The position numbers were made by a program, and so were the translations under genes. DNA of 64,000 nucleotides, taken from NCBI GenBank assembly GCA_035497315.1, contig DATJDU010000097.1, positions 13,548 through 77,547 of the forward strand. Reading direction: 5' to 3'. Origin of the DNA: Sphingomonadaceae bacterium (GTDB lineage: Bacteria > Pseudomonadota > Alphaproteobacteria > Sphingomonadales > Sphingomonadaceae). Position 1 is the stretch's first letter; the number at the start of each line of letters is the position of its first letter. A model generated the notes under the pieces. That model was not told the DNA's origin. It did not search any database and worked only from the letters and a program-made list of their open reading frames with translations. Shown piece by piece: positions 15,022-27,816 of this stretch.

Positions 15022-15215
15022 TGTTGGGGCTGGTCGCCAAGGCGCTGCTCTCCGGCGCCTTGATCGCGGCCATCTCCGAAATCGGCAAGCGCCTCCCGGC
15101 AATGCTGCGTGCCGGTATGTCCTTCTGGCTGTTGCTTGTGGCGGGTTGTGTGCCCACTGTGGCACTTTATGCGCTGCTTATGGCGCTCGCGCCGCGCCTC
15201 GGCCAGCGGCTTTGA
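15021..15215 (+). CDS. Small (64 aa) two-helix membrane protein, DUF3147-like at both ends
   Basis: The ATG overlaps the yebC stop (TGATG) and its stop overlaps the ruvC TTG start (TTGA). Sequence [24 protein letters not shown]...[25 protein letters not shown] is hydrophobic. Confidence 0.45.
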   Translation: MLGLVAKALLSGALIAAISEIGKRLPAMLRAGMSFWLLLVAGCVPTVALYALLMALAPRLGQRL

Positions 15216-15688
15216 CGCTGATTCTCGGCCTCGATCCCTCGCTCTCCTGCACTGGCTGGGGGATCGTGCGCAGCGAAGGTTCGCGCCTCAGCCATGTTGC
15301 CAATGGCCAGATTCCCACCGATCCCAAGGCGCCGTTGCACGAACGGCTGCTGCATCTGCAGGATGCCGTCAGCGCGGTGATCGCCACCTATCAGCCCGAT
15401 CGGGCAGCGGTGGAGGAGATCTTCGTCAACAAGAACCCGCAATCCACCCTGAAGCTCGCCCAGGCACGCGGAGCGGTGCTGGTGGCCTGCGCGCGCGGAT
15501 CGCTGCCCGTCACCGAACATGCCGCGCGGCTGGTGAAGAAGGCCGTGGTCGGCACGGGCGCGGCGGAAAAGCAGCAGGTGCAGGCGATGCTCAAAGTGCT
15601 GTTGCCCGGCGCGGCGGTGGCTGGCGCTGATGCGGCGGATGCGCTGGCCGTGGCGATTGCCGATGCGCATCTGGGGGGCAGGGCCTGA
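15212..15688 (+). CDS. ruvC: Crossover junction endodeoxyribonuclease RuvC
   Basis: [16 protein letters not shown]...[20 protein letters not shown]...[14 protein letters not shown] start chosen at the family-typical position, because the longer ORF-track start would add a non-conserved Cys-rich leader. Confidence 0.9.
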   Translation: MTLILGLDPSLSCTGWGIVRSEGSRLSHVANGQIPTDPKAPLHERLLHLQDAVSAVIATYQPDRAAVEEIFVNKNPQSTLKLAQARGAVLVACARGSLPVTEHAARLVKKAVVGTGAAEKQQVQAMLKVLLPGAAVAGADAADALAVAIADAHLGGRA

Positions 15689-15987
15689 TGTATCTCAATG
15701 TCTTCCGCAGCCGTAAACGCACCGACATGGATGCCGCCGCCTATGCCGAGGATGCCGCGCGGATGCAGGCGCTGGCCCGCAGCCAGCCCGGCTTCATCGC
15801 CTATCGCAGCTACCGCGCCGATGATGGCGAGACGCTCTCCATGTCCGAATGGGAAAGCGAGGATCATGCCCGCGCCTGGGCGCGCCATGCGGAGCATGCG
15901 ACGGTGCAGGGCCGGGCGCGCTCGGACTATTACGAGAGCTACACCGTCTATTCCTGCCCCGATCCGCGCGTAAGGCATTTCGGCTAA
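15688..15987 (+). CDS. Antibiotic biosynthesis monooxygenase (ABM) family protein
   Basis: 99 aa ferredoxin-like ABM pattern (GFIAYRSY...SEWESEDHARAWARHAEH). The ATG overlaps the ruvC stop (TGATG). Confidence 0.8.
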   Translation: MYLNVFRSRKRTDMDAAAYAEDAARMQALARSQPGFIAYRSYRADDGETLSMSEWESEDHARAWARHAEHATVQGRARSDYYESYTVYSCPDPRVRHFG

Positions 15988-16161
15988 GAGAAATGATGGT
16001 CTGTCCTACCGGCGAGGCGTTTGATAGGGGAATGGCATGAGCGATTTTGCCGCCCTTTTCCGCCAGTTTCAGCCCTTTTCTGCCAGCGGTGGCGGGGGAA
16101 CCGCAATTTTCCTCGCCACAGTGTCAACATTGTCAACTTCGACAGCTACCGGGTCTCAAGC

Positions 16162-16509
16162 ATGAACATCGACTTCTACGGCATCCCCAATTGCGACACG
16201 GTGAAGAAGGCGCGCACGTGGCTCGACGGACAGGGACTCAGCTACAGTTTCCACGACTACAAGAAGGAAGGGGCAGACCGGGCGAAGCTGGAAGGCTGGG
16301 CGGCTTCGGTTGGCTGGGAAAAGCTGCTGAACCGCGCGGGCACCACCTTCCGCAAGCTGCCGGACGAGGCGAAGCAGAATCTCGATAGTGCAAAGGCCGT
16401 CGCGCTGATGCTGGAGCAGCCCAGCATGATCAAGCGGCCGGTGGTGGAATATCCCGGCGGTCTGCTGGTTGGCTTCAAGCCGGAGGAATGGGCGGCGGCG
16501 CTGGGGTGA
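16162..16509 (+). CDS. ArsC/Spx/MgsR family protein (YffB-like)
   Basis: MNIDFYGIPNCDTVKKARTWLDGQGLSYSFHDYKK...MIKRPVV is typical of the ArsC/Spx family. Confidence 0.85.
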   Translation: MNIDFYGIPNCDTVKKARTWLDGQGLSYSFHDYKKEGADRAKLEGWAASVGWEKLLNRAGTTFRKLPDEAKQNLDSAKAVALMLEQPSMIKRPVVEYPGGLLVGFKPEEWAAALG

Positions 16510-16510
16510 A

Positions 16511-17026
16511 ATGACCATGAAGTCCCTTGCTGTCCTCGCCTTCTCACTAGCGGTGAGTGCCGGCGAGGGGGAGCCGTCTCCCCTCCTATTCGACTGTGCT
16601 GGCGAGACTGGCCGCTATCGTCTGTTTGGCTCGGGCGAGGGAAATTTCGCGTTGGAGATCGAAGAAGCCCGAGAGGGTCCGACGGGTGTCAGCACTTGGC
16701 TTCTCCAGTGGACGGAGGCCCGCACGGGATATGTCATCGGCCAGCAAGGGGGGCACCAGAGCCATTTGCGGCTGACTGACGGGCTAGCCCATTACATTTT
16801 CTTCGAAGGTGTAAACGGTCAACTGAGTGGAGCGCCGGGCGTCACCTACGCAGGGATCGTTCGAGTAGATGGTTCGGGCGATAGTCAACCGGTCTCGCTG
16901 GCCAGCTGCGAAGCGAACGAAACAAACAGAAACCTCCTCGAAAATGTCCAGCGCGAACGTGTCGATGCCGGATTACCGGAACTGGCGACAGAGGATGTGG
17001 ATGGACCGTTCGATGGTTGGTTCTGA
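16511..17026 (+). CDS. Hypothetical secreted protein (orphan, lower GC)
   Basis: 171-aa ORF starting 1 nt after the preceding stop, with signal-like MTMKSLAVLAFSLAVSAG. No family recognised. By eye it has lower third-position GC than its neighbours. Confidence 0.55.
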   Translation: MTMKSLAVLAFSLAVSAGEGEPSPLLFDCAGETGRYRLFGSGEGNFALEIEEAREGPTGVSTWLLQWTEARTGYVIGQQGGHQSHLRLTDGLAHYIFFEGVNGQLSGAPGVTYAGIVRVDGSGDSQPVSLASCEANETNRNLLENVQRERVDAGLPELATEDVDGPFDGWF

Positions 17027-17078
17027 CGTGTCCTGACCCCGGGCCGATGTGGTTGCCGCGCGATAGGGCTGAAGCGCC

Positions 17079-17969
17079 TCAGCTCAGATAGAAGTTCTTC
17101 GCCTTCAGGGGTTCGGGCGGTTCCTCGCCCAGATGCGGGGCGAGGCTGATTTCCACCGCGCGGCAGATCGCGTCCAGCGGCAGGGCATTGGGTGTGGTGC
17201 CGAAGGGATGGCTGAGGTCTTCCGTCACTTCGGCCAGGCCCAGGAACACATAGGCCACGATGCCCACGAAAACCGGCGTCATCCAGCCCGCAGTGCCCAC
17301 CAGCGCCAGCGGCAGCAGCAGGCAATAGACATAGGTCGTGCGGTAGATCAGCAGCGAATAGACATAGGGTAGGGGCGTGTTGGCGATCCGCTCGCACCCG
17401 GCCTGTTGCAGGGCGATATTGGCGAGGCGTTCCTGCAGCGCCTTGGCGCCGAAGCCATCCATCTCCCCCTCGCGCAGCGCGTCTCCCAGATCGGCGGATA
17501 TCGCATCCAGTGCGGCGCAGGGCGGGTGCGGCGCGTCGGCCAGCACACCGCCAAACTCGCGGGCGCGTTCGTCATCCGGCAGCTTGCGCAGATTGGCGCG
17601 GTGCAAATGGATGAATGCGCGGGCCGCGCGGATCAGTCGCCGCTGGCGTTCCTCGCCCTGAACGAACAACTGCACCTCGCGTGCGAAGCTGCGCATGTCG
17701 GCCAGCAGCCCGCCCCACAGCTTGCGTCCTTCCCACCACCGGTCATAGGCGGCATTGTTGCGGAAGCCGAGGAAGAGCGAGAGCGCGATACCGAACACGG
17801 TGAAGCCCACTGCCTCGATCTCGGGAAAAGCATCGTAGCGGTGGTGTAACAGCACCATCCCGGCCGAGAACAGCATCAGCCCGGCAACACGCGGCGCTAT
17901 CAGCGGCACGATGGAACCGCGCACCGCAAAGGAAAGTTCCAGCCAGCTGGGCTTGTCGCGAAGGATCAT
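17079..17969 (-). CDS. Bestrophin-family (UPF0187/YneE) anion channel
   Basis: MILRDKPSWLELSFAVRGSIVP...NNAAYDRWWEGRKLWG is typical of bacterial bestrophin homologs. Confidence 0.85.
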   Translation of the reverse strand: MILRDKPSWLELSFAVRGSIVPLIAPRVAGLMLFSAGMVLLHHRYDAFPEIEAVGFTVFGIALSLFLGFRNNAAYDRWWEGRKLWGGLLADMRSFAREVQLFVQGEERQRRLIRAARAFIHLHRANLRKLPDDERAREFGGVLADAPHPPCAALDAISADLGDALREGEMDGFGAKALQERLANIALQQAGCERIANTPLPYVYSLLIYRTTYVYCLLLPLALVGTAGWMTPVFVGIVAYVFLGLAEVTEDLSHPFGTTPNALPLDAICRAVEISLAPHLGEEPPEPLKAKNFYLS

Positions 17970-17981
17970 CGAGCGCGGCCC

Positions 17982-18719
17982 TCAACCCGCTCGCGCGGTG
18001 ACGATGTAATTGAGCGACAGATCGCCCGAAAGATGCAGGCCCTTCATCGGTGAGAAGGCAATGCCGCGCGGCTCGCCCATGGTCAGCCCGGCTTCCGCCA
18101 GCAGCTCGCCCAGTTCGTCGGGCGTGATGAAATCCTCCCAGTGATGAGTGCCCTTGGGGATCGCCCCCAGGGCCTCCGCCGCGTCGACCATCAGCAGGCG
18201 CGATTGCGGGGTGCGGTTGGGGGTGGAAAGCACCATCAACCCGCCTTCTGCAAGCCGCTCGGCCAGCTGGCGCACGAACAGTGCCTTGTCCGCCACATGC
18301 TCGATCACTTCCATCGCAGTGACGAGATCGAAGCGGCCGAGTCCCAACGCGCCCAGTTCGCCGTGGCGATAGTCGATCGCCAGCCCGCCGCCGGCCGCAT
18401 GGGCCTGCGCGGCCGCGATGTTCTGGGCCGCCGCGTCCACGCCGGTCACTGCCGCGCCCAGCCTTGCAAGTGGCTCTGCCAGCAGCCCGGCGCCGCAGCC
18501 GACATCCAGCGCGCTGCGCCCGGCGAGCGGTTTGAGCGAGGCGGGATCGGCATCCCAATGGCGGTTCACCGCCTCACGCAAAAAGCCGAGCCGCACCGGG
18601 TTGAGCCTGTGGAGCATGGCGGACGATCCCTTGGGGTTCCACCAGTCCGCCGCCAGCGCGCCGAAATGCTCGGCTTCTTCGGGGCGGATCGTTGCAGATG
18701 CGACAGTTGCATTGGCCAT
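17982..18719 (-). CDS. ubiG: Bifunctional 3-demethylubiquinol 3-O-methyltransferase / 2-polyprenyl-6-hydroxyphenol methylase
   Basis: EAEHFGALAADWWNPKGSSAMLHRLNPVRLGFLRE and SAM motif LDVGCGAGLLAEPLARLG. Confidence 0.9.
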   Translation of the reverse strand: MANATVASATIRPEEAEHFGALAADWWNPKGSSAMLHRLNPVRLGFLREAVNRHWDADPASLKPLAGRSALDVGCGAGLLAEPLARLGAAVTGVDAAAQNIAAAQAHAAGGGLAIDYRHGELGALGLGRFDLVTAMEVIEHVADKALFVRQLAERLAEGGLMVLSTPNRTPQSRLLMVDAAEALGAIPKGTHHWEDFITPDELGELLAEAGLTMGEPRGIAFSPMKGLHLSGDLSLNYIVTARAG

Positions 18720-18775
18720 AGGACACCCCTAACAGCGCGCCAGACCTGATTCCAGCGTGCAGGAGCAAGAACGAC

Positions 18776-20044
18776 TTGGCCCGGATCGTGATGAAATTCG
18801 GCGGCACCTCGATGGCCGGGACGGAGCGTATCCGCCGGGTGGCCAATATCGTGCGCCGTCAGCAGGCCGCGGGGCATGAAGTGGCCGTGGTGGTTTCCGC
18901 CATGGCGGGCGAGACCGATCGCCTGGTGAACTTCTGCCGCGAGGCGAATCCGCTTTACGACCCTGCGGAATATGACGTGGTGGTCGCCGCAGGCGAACAG
19001 GTGACTTCGGGCCTGCTCGCGCTCACCCTGCAGGCCATGGGCTGCAAGGCGCGCAGCTGGCTGGGCTGGCAATTGCCGATCCATTCGGACGCTGCCCATG
19101 CCAAGGCACGGATCGAGGACATCGATTCCGATGCGCTGTTGGCCAGCATGGCTGCAGGTGAGATCGCAGTGATTCCCGGATTTCAGGGCCTTTCACCCGC
19201 CGGTCGGGTGACCACTCTGGGGCGGGGCGGCTCCGATACATCGGCCGTGGCCGTGGCGGCGGCGATCAATGCCGATCGCTGCGACATCTACACCGATGTG
19301 GACGGCGTCTACACCACCGATCCGCGTATCGTGGCCAAGGCGCGCAAGCTCAGCCACGTGACTTACGAAGAAATGCTCGAACTGGCTTCGGTCGGCTCGA
19401 AAGTGCTGCAAACCCGCTCGGTCAGCCTCGCGATGAAGGAGAAGGTCCGGGTGCAGGTGCTCTCGTCCTTTATCGACGACGATGCACCGGCTGCCGATAC
19501 GCTCCCCGGAACGATGATCGTCAGCGATGAGGAACTCGAAGGACTGGACATGGAACGTCAGCTGATCACCGGCATCGCCGCCGACAAGAACGAAGCGAAG
19601 GTCACCCTTACCCGCATCGCGGATCGCCCTGGCGTGGTGGCCACCGTGTTCGAGCCGCTGGCGGCCGCGAACATTAATGTCGACATGATCATCCAGAATA
19701 TCGCCAAGGACAAGGGCGAGACCGACGTCACCTTCACCGTCCCCAAGGCTGACCTGCTGCGCACTCAGTCGCTGCTGGAAGAGCATAAGGACGCAATCGG
19801 CTTCTTCCGCATGATCAGCGACGACAAGGTGGCCAAGGTCAGCGTCGTGGGCGTTGGCATGCGCAGCCACGCAGGCGTGGCCAGTACCATGTTCAAGGCG
19901 CTGGCCGATCGCGGGATCAACATCCAGGCGATCTCCACCAGCGAGATCAAGGTCAGTGTGCTGATCGACGAGGACGAGACCGAACTGGCCGTCCGCGTGC
20001 TGCACACCGCCTATGATCTGGACGCTAAGGACGAAGCTGCCTGA
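18776..20044 (+). CDS. lysC: Aspartate kinase
   Basis: VMKFGGTSMAGTERIRRVANIV..., two C-terminal ACT domains, 422 aa. Confidence 0.93.
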   Translation: MARIVMKFGGTSMAGTERIRRVANIVRRQQAAGHEVAVVVSAMAGETDRLVNFCREANPLYDPAEYDVVVAAGEQVTSGLLALTLQAMGCKARSWLGWQLPIHSDAAHAKARIEDIDSDALLASMAAGEIAVIPGFQGLSPAGRVTTLGRGGSDTSAVAVAAAINADRCDIYTDVDGVYTTDPRIVAKARKLSHVTYEEMLELASVGSKVLQTRSVSLAMKEKVRVQVLSSFIDDDAPAADTLPGTMIVSDEELEGLDMERQLITGIAADKNEAKVTLTRIADRPGVVATVFEPLAAANINVDMIIQNIAKDKGETDVTFTVPKADLLRTQSLLEEHKDAIGFFRMISDDKVAKVSVVGVGMRSHAGVASTMFKALADRGINIQAISTSEIKVSVLIDEDETELAVRVLHTAYDLDAKDEAA

Positions 20045-20076
20045 GGCGCAACGGCGCTTTGGCAGGGCTGGAATAG

Positions 20077-20108
20077 AAAGGGGCGCCGTGGGGCGCCCCT
20101 TTTGTTTT
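20077..20108. terminator. Bidirectional intrinsic terminator between convergent lysC and the NTF2-like gene
   Basis: AAA-GGGGCGCC-GTGG-GGCGCCCC-TTTTGTTTT, an 8-bp GC stem flanked by A and T runs. Confidence 0.7.
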
Positions 20109-20131
20109 ATATTCCGCGGCCTGGCCCGGGC

Positions 20132-20650
20132 TCAATCCGCCCAGCCCTCGGGCACGCCATTGGCGCCCATGATCTGGCGCTTCTTGATCCGCCACTGGCC
20201 GCCTTCCTTCACCAGCCAGTCGAATTCGCGACCCATGATCAGGATGCGCGGGGCATCGCCTTCCTTGTCCACGACATATTCGGTGAAGACGAGGCGGGCC
20301 GTGGCAGTATCGCCATCGACCTTGATCAGCGGATTGCCGATCAGGATGTTGAGCGCGAAGCTCTTACGCTGCGGCGCGTCGGCGGGTACGGCGGCATAGG
20401 CGCCCTTGATCGCTTCGATGCCCTTGTAGCTGTTGGGGCCGAGAATCATCTCGCCATCGGCGGTGAAATATTCGCCCACCTTGTCTTTCACGCCGCCACC
20501 GAAATGGGCGTAATAGCTGGTCAGCAGATCCTCGATTTCGGCCTTGTCGATCACCGCCTGCGCGGTGAGCGCGGTCTTCGCGGCGGCCGGTGCGGCAATC
20601 GCCAGCGCGAGGCACAGCGCCGCGCCGATTCCAGTCAGTCTTGCTTTCAT
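20132..20650 (-). CDS. Secreted NTF2-fold (SnoaL-like/DUF4440-like) protein
   Basis: Signal peptide MKARLTGIGAALCLALAIAAPAAA. The mature part has the pattern of SnoaL-like NTF2 domains (IEDLLTSYYAHF...WRIKKRQI). Confidence 0.7.
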   Translation of the reverse strand: MKARLTGIGAALCLALAIAAPAAAKTALTAQAVIDKAEIEDLLTSYYAHFGGGVKDKVGEYFTADGEMILGPNSYKGIEAIKGAYAAVPADAPQRKSFALNILIGNPLIKVDGDTATARLVFTEYVVDKEGDAPRILIMGREFDWLVKEGGQWRIKKRQIMGANGVPEGWAD

Positions 20651-20755
20651 GGTTCTTTCCAGGCTCCCATTTCATCGTGCCGTCTTGTGCGGCAGCGTCG
20701 GGAGCGGACCCTAATGCCGCATACGTGATGGGCAAGCGAACAATGCAGGGCCGGA

Positions 20756-20794
20756 TCGAAAAGGGAGCCTCCCCGTCCGCAAGGGACGGGGAGG
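20756..20794 (-). terminator. Probable katG terminator
   Basis: On the minus strand, CCTCCCCGTCC-CTTGC-GGACGGGGAGG (11-bp stem) is followed by CTCCCTTTTC, about 60 nt after the katG stop. Confidence 0.55.
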
Positions 20795-20853
20795 GCGCCC
20801 GGGCCATCGGGAAGGGGGGGTAATGGCCCGGGGCGGGGGAGGCATGGATGACC

Positions 20854-24243
<3,390 letters not shown>

Positions 24244-24247
<4 letters not shown>

Positions 24248-24693
24248 CGGGGCTCACTGTCAGGCGCGCCGGGACGGACAACCTCGATGCGCTGGCACTG
24301 CTGTTCGATGCCTATCGCCGGTTCTATCGCCAGCCCGCCGATCTCGCGGGGGGACGGGCCTTCCTTGCGGAGAGGATCGCACGCGGGGAATCCGCGATCT
24401 TCCTTGCAGAGCTGGACGGGCAGCCGGCGGGTTTCACGCAGCTTTACCCCTCCTTCACTTCGGCGGGGATGGCGCGGATATTCATCCTCAACGATCTGTT
24501 CGTGGCGCCCGAAGCGCGGGGGCAGGGCGTGGCTACGACCCTGCTGCGCCGCGCGGCGGAGTTCGGGCGCGAGGAGGGGGCGGTGCGGCTGGTCCTCTCC
24601 ACCGCCACCGATAATTTCACCGCGCAGGCCGTCTATGAGCGCGAAGGCTGGCTGCGCGACGATGCCTTCCTGACCTACCGGCTGGCACTTTAG
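24244..24693 (+). CDS. GNAT family N-acetyltransferase
   Basis: Acetyl-CoA binding pattern LFVAPEARGQGVATTLLRRA. GTG start overlaps the preceding stop (GTGA); the ATG at 24220 is an alternative. Confidence 0.8.
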
Positions 24694-24946
24694 AAAGTTT
24701 ACGCAGAACAGCCTGCGAAACCCTGTGACTTTCTTCCAATAATTTCTATTTATATCAAAGCATTATTCCGATTTCGGTGTCGCGCGAATGTGACTTTCGC
24801 CACAAGCGGCCGTTCGGGGGAAGCTGCCCGGTTTCGATCATCTCACCATGTCAAAAAGCCGGGCCCGGACTAGCCCGGACGCCTGGCTGTAGGAAAATGG
24901 TTTTGTGAAGATCATCGCCATGCCCGGCCGGATGAATCTTCCCCTT

Positions 24947-25033
24947 TCGTCATTGCGAGCATAGCGAAGCAATCCAGAGCCCAATGCGTGGCGCCCGGAC
25001 TGCTTCGGGACTGTCAGTTCCTCGCAATGACGA
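24947..25033. repeat. Degenerate REP/MITE-like palindromic element (TCGTCATTGCGAG...CTCGCAATGACGA)
   Basis: 13-nt perfect inverted termini 61 nt apart. The left arm TCGTCATTGCGAGCATAGCGAAGCAATCCAG shares TCGTCAT...ATCCAG architecture with the elements at 49247 and 58748. Confidence 0.6.
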
Positions 25034-25048
25034 GAGGGGGGCGCCCTC

Positions 25049-25729
25049 TCAGGCGAGACCCAGCAGGATCTGTGCGATCTGTTCCGGCTGGTCGCTCATC
25101 ACATGATGGCTGGCCTTGCATTCGTGATAGTCGCAGGCCGGATCGGCCTTGGCCTTTTCGGCGAAGCGGGTGAACGGCGTGGGCTGCCAGTCCGTGGCAT
25201 AGACATAGGTGTGGCGCGGGATCTTCTTTTCCTCGCCGGTCAGCTTCACGCCTTCCAGCAGGGTCAGCAGCGGGTGCAGGCCCACCACATTGGGAATGAT
25301 CTCGAAATCGATGCCGCCGATAGGCGGAACGAGGCCGGGTGTGGTCTTTTGCCGGTCGATATACCAGCTATGCTCGAACTCGCCGGTAATGTCCCACAGG
25401 GACTGGCCGTCTTCCGGCCAGAAGGCGTCGAGATAGGCCAGCGCGTCGATCCGTGCGCCCAGTTGCGCGGCAACGCCGGTCACCACCATGCCGCCATAGG
25501 AATGGCCCGCCAGGATGAAGCGGTCGAACCCGGCAGTGGCGATCTGCACCAGCACGTCGTTTATATGGTCGGACAGGGTAATGCCGGGATGCAGCTCGCT
25601 CTGGCGGATGCCGATGCCCGTCAGCGCGCAGACCAGCACCTTGTGACCGGCAGCCTCCAGATCCACGCGGGTCTTGTCATAACTCTGTCCGCCGCCCCAG
25701 GCGCCGTGGACCAGAACGTAATTCGCCAT
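25049..25729 (-). CDS. Alpha/beta hydrolase (esterase, SABP2/methylesterase-like)
   Basis: MANYVLVHGAWGGGQSY...FILAGHSYGGMV (nucleophile elbow GHSYG). The start at 25729 follows the family-typical N-terminus; the longer ORF-track N-terminus is Arg/Pro-rich junk. Confidence 0.85.
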   Translation of the reverse strand: MANYVLVHGAWGGGQSYDKTRVDLEAAGHKVLVCALTGIGIRQSELHPGITLSDHINDVLVQIATAGFDRFILAGHSYGGMVVTGVAAQLGARIDALAYLDAFWPEDGQSLWDITGEFEHSWYIDRQKTTPGLVPPIGGIDFEIIPNVVGLHPLLTLLEGVKLTGEEKKIPRHTYVYATDWQPTPFTRFAEKAKADPACDYHECKASHHVMSDQPEQIAQILLGLA

Positions 25730-25815
25730 TTTTCTCTCCCGATGGTTTTGCCGGAGCAATGCCGCAGGGGAAGGGCGAAGGGAAGAGGGGGGCTGTCGCT
25801 CGCCCGGATCGCGCA

Positions 25816-25856
25816 AAGAAAAAGGCCCGCCACCTTGCGGTAGCGGGCCCTTTTTC
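25816..25856 (-). terminator. Intrinsic terminator downstream of ligM
   Basis: On the minus strand, GGCCCGC-13 nt loop-GCGGGCC is followed by TTTTTCTTTG, starting about 20 nt after the ligM stop. Confidence 0.75.
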
Positions 25857-25878
25857 ATTTGGCTTGAAGCCGCGGCGA

Positions 25879-27300
<1,422 letters not shown>

Positions 27301-27328
27301 TCACTTATGAAAGAATCATATATGCGAA

Positions 27329-27349
27329 ATTGTATGCGGCACATACAAT
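27329..27349. promoter_or_regulatory. Perfect inverted repeat ATTGTATG-N5-CATACAAT in the ligM/VOC divergent promoter region (candidate operator)
   Basis: 8-bp perfect arms in an AT-rich spacer 44 nt upstream of the ligM start codon. Confidence 0.4.
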
Positions 27350-27403
27350 ATTGGGCTATGGCTGCAAGCGAAAATAGCCCGAAATGCACAGGAGATGGAC
27401 AGG

Positions 27404-27805
27404 ATGAACGTCGAGGCGCTGGACCATGTGAACATCATCACCGACAGGCTGGACGAGACCGCCGATTTCTACGCGAATCTGCTCGGTCTCGAACGCCGTG
27501 ACGCCCCGCCGCCGCTCACGCCCGAGACTGCAACATGGATGTTCGATTCGGAGAACCGGGCGATCATCCACATCAATTCCACCGACTGCTATCGCGCCTA
27601 TGATCGCGAAGTGAAGCCCGGCGAGCTGACCGGCGCGCTGCACCATGTTGCGCTGAAATGCACCGGCTATGAAGAGGTGCTGGGGCGCCTCAAGGAGATG
27701 GGCGCGGAGTATCAGGAAAACCTGGTTTCCGCGATCAGCCTGCGCCAGATTTTCACGCCCGATCCGAATAACGTGCTGCTGGAACTCAACTTTTTCGCGG
27801 ACTGA
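27404..27805 (+). CDS. VOC (glyoxalase/bleomycin resistance/extradiol dioxygenase) family protein
   Basis: LDHVNIITDRLDETADFYANLLGLE...HHVALKC...ELNFF. The ATG at 27404 has a GGAG about 9 nt upstream; 27395 is an alternative. Confidence 0.8.
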   Translation: MNVEALDHVNIITDRLDETADFYANLLGLERRDAPPPLTPETATWMFDSENRAIIHINSTDCYRAYDREVKPGELTGALHHVALKCTGYEEVLGRLKEMGAEYQENLVSAISLRQIFTPDPNNVLLELNFFAD

Positions 27806-27816
27806 ACGAAGGCCGT

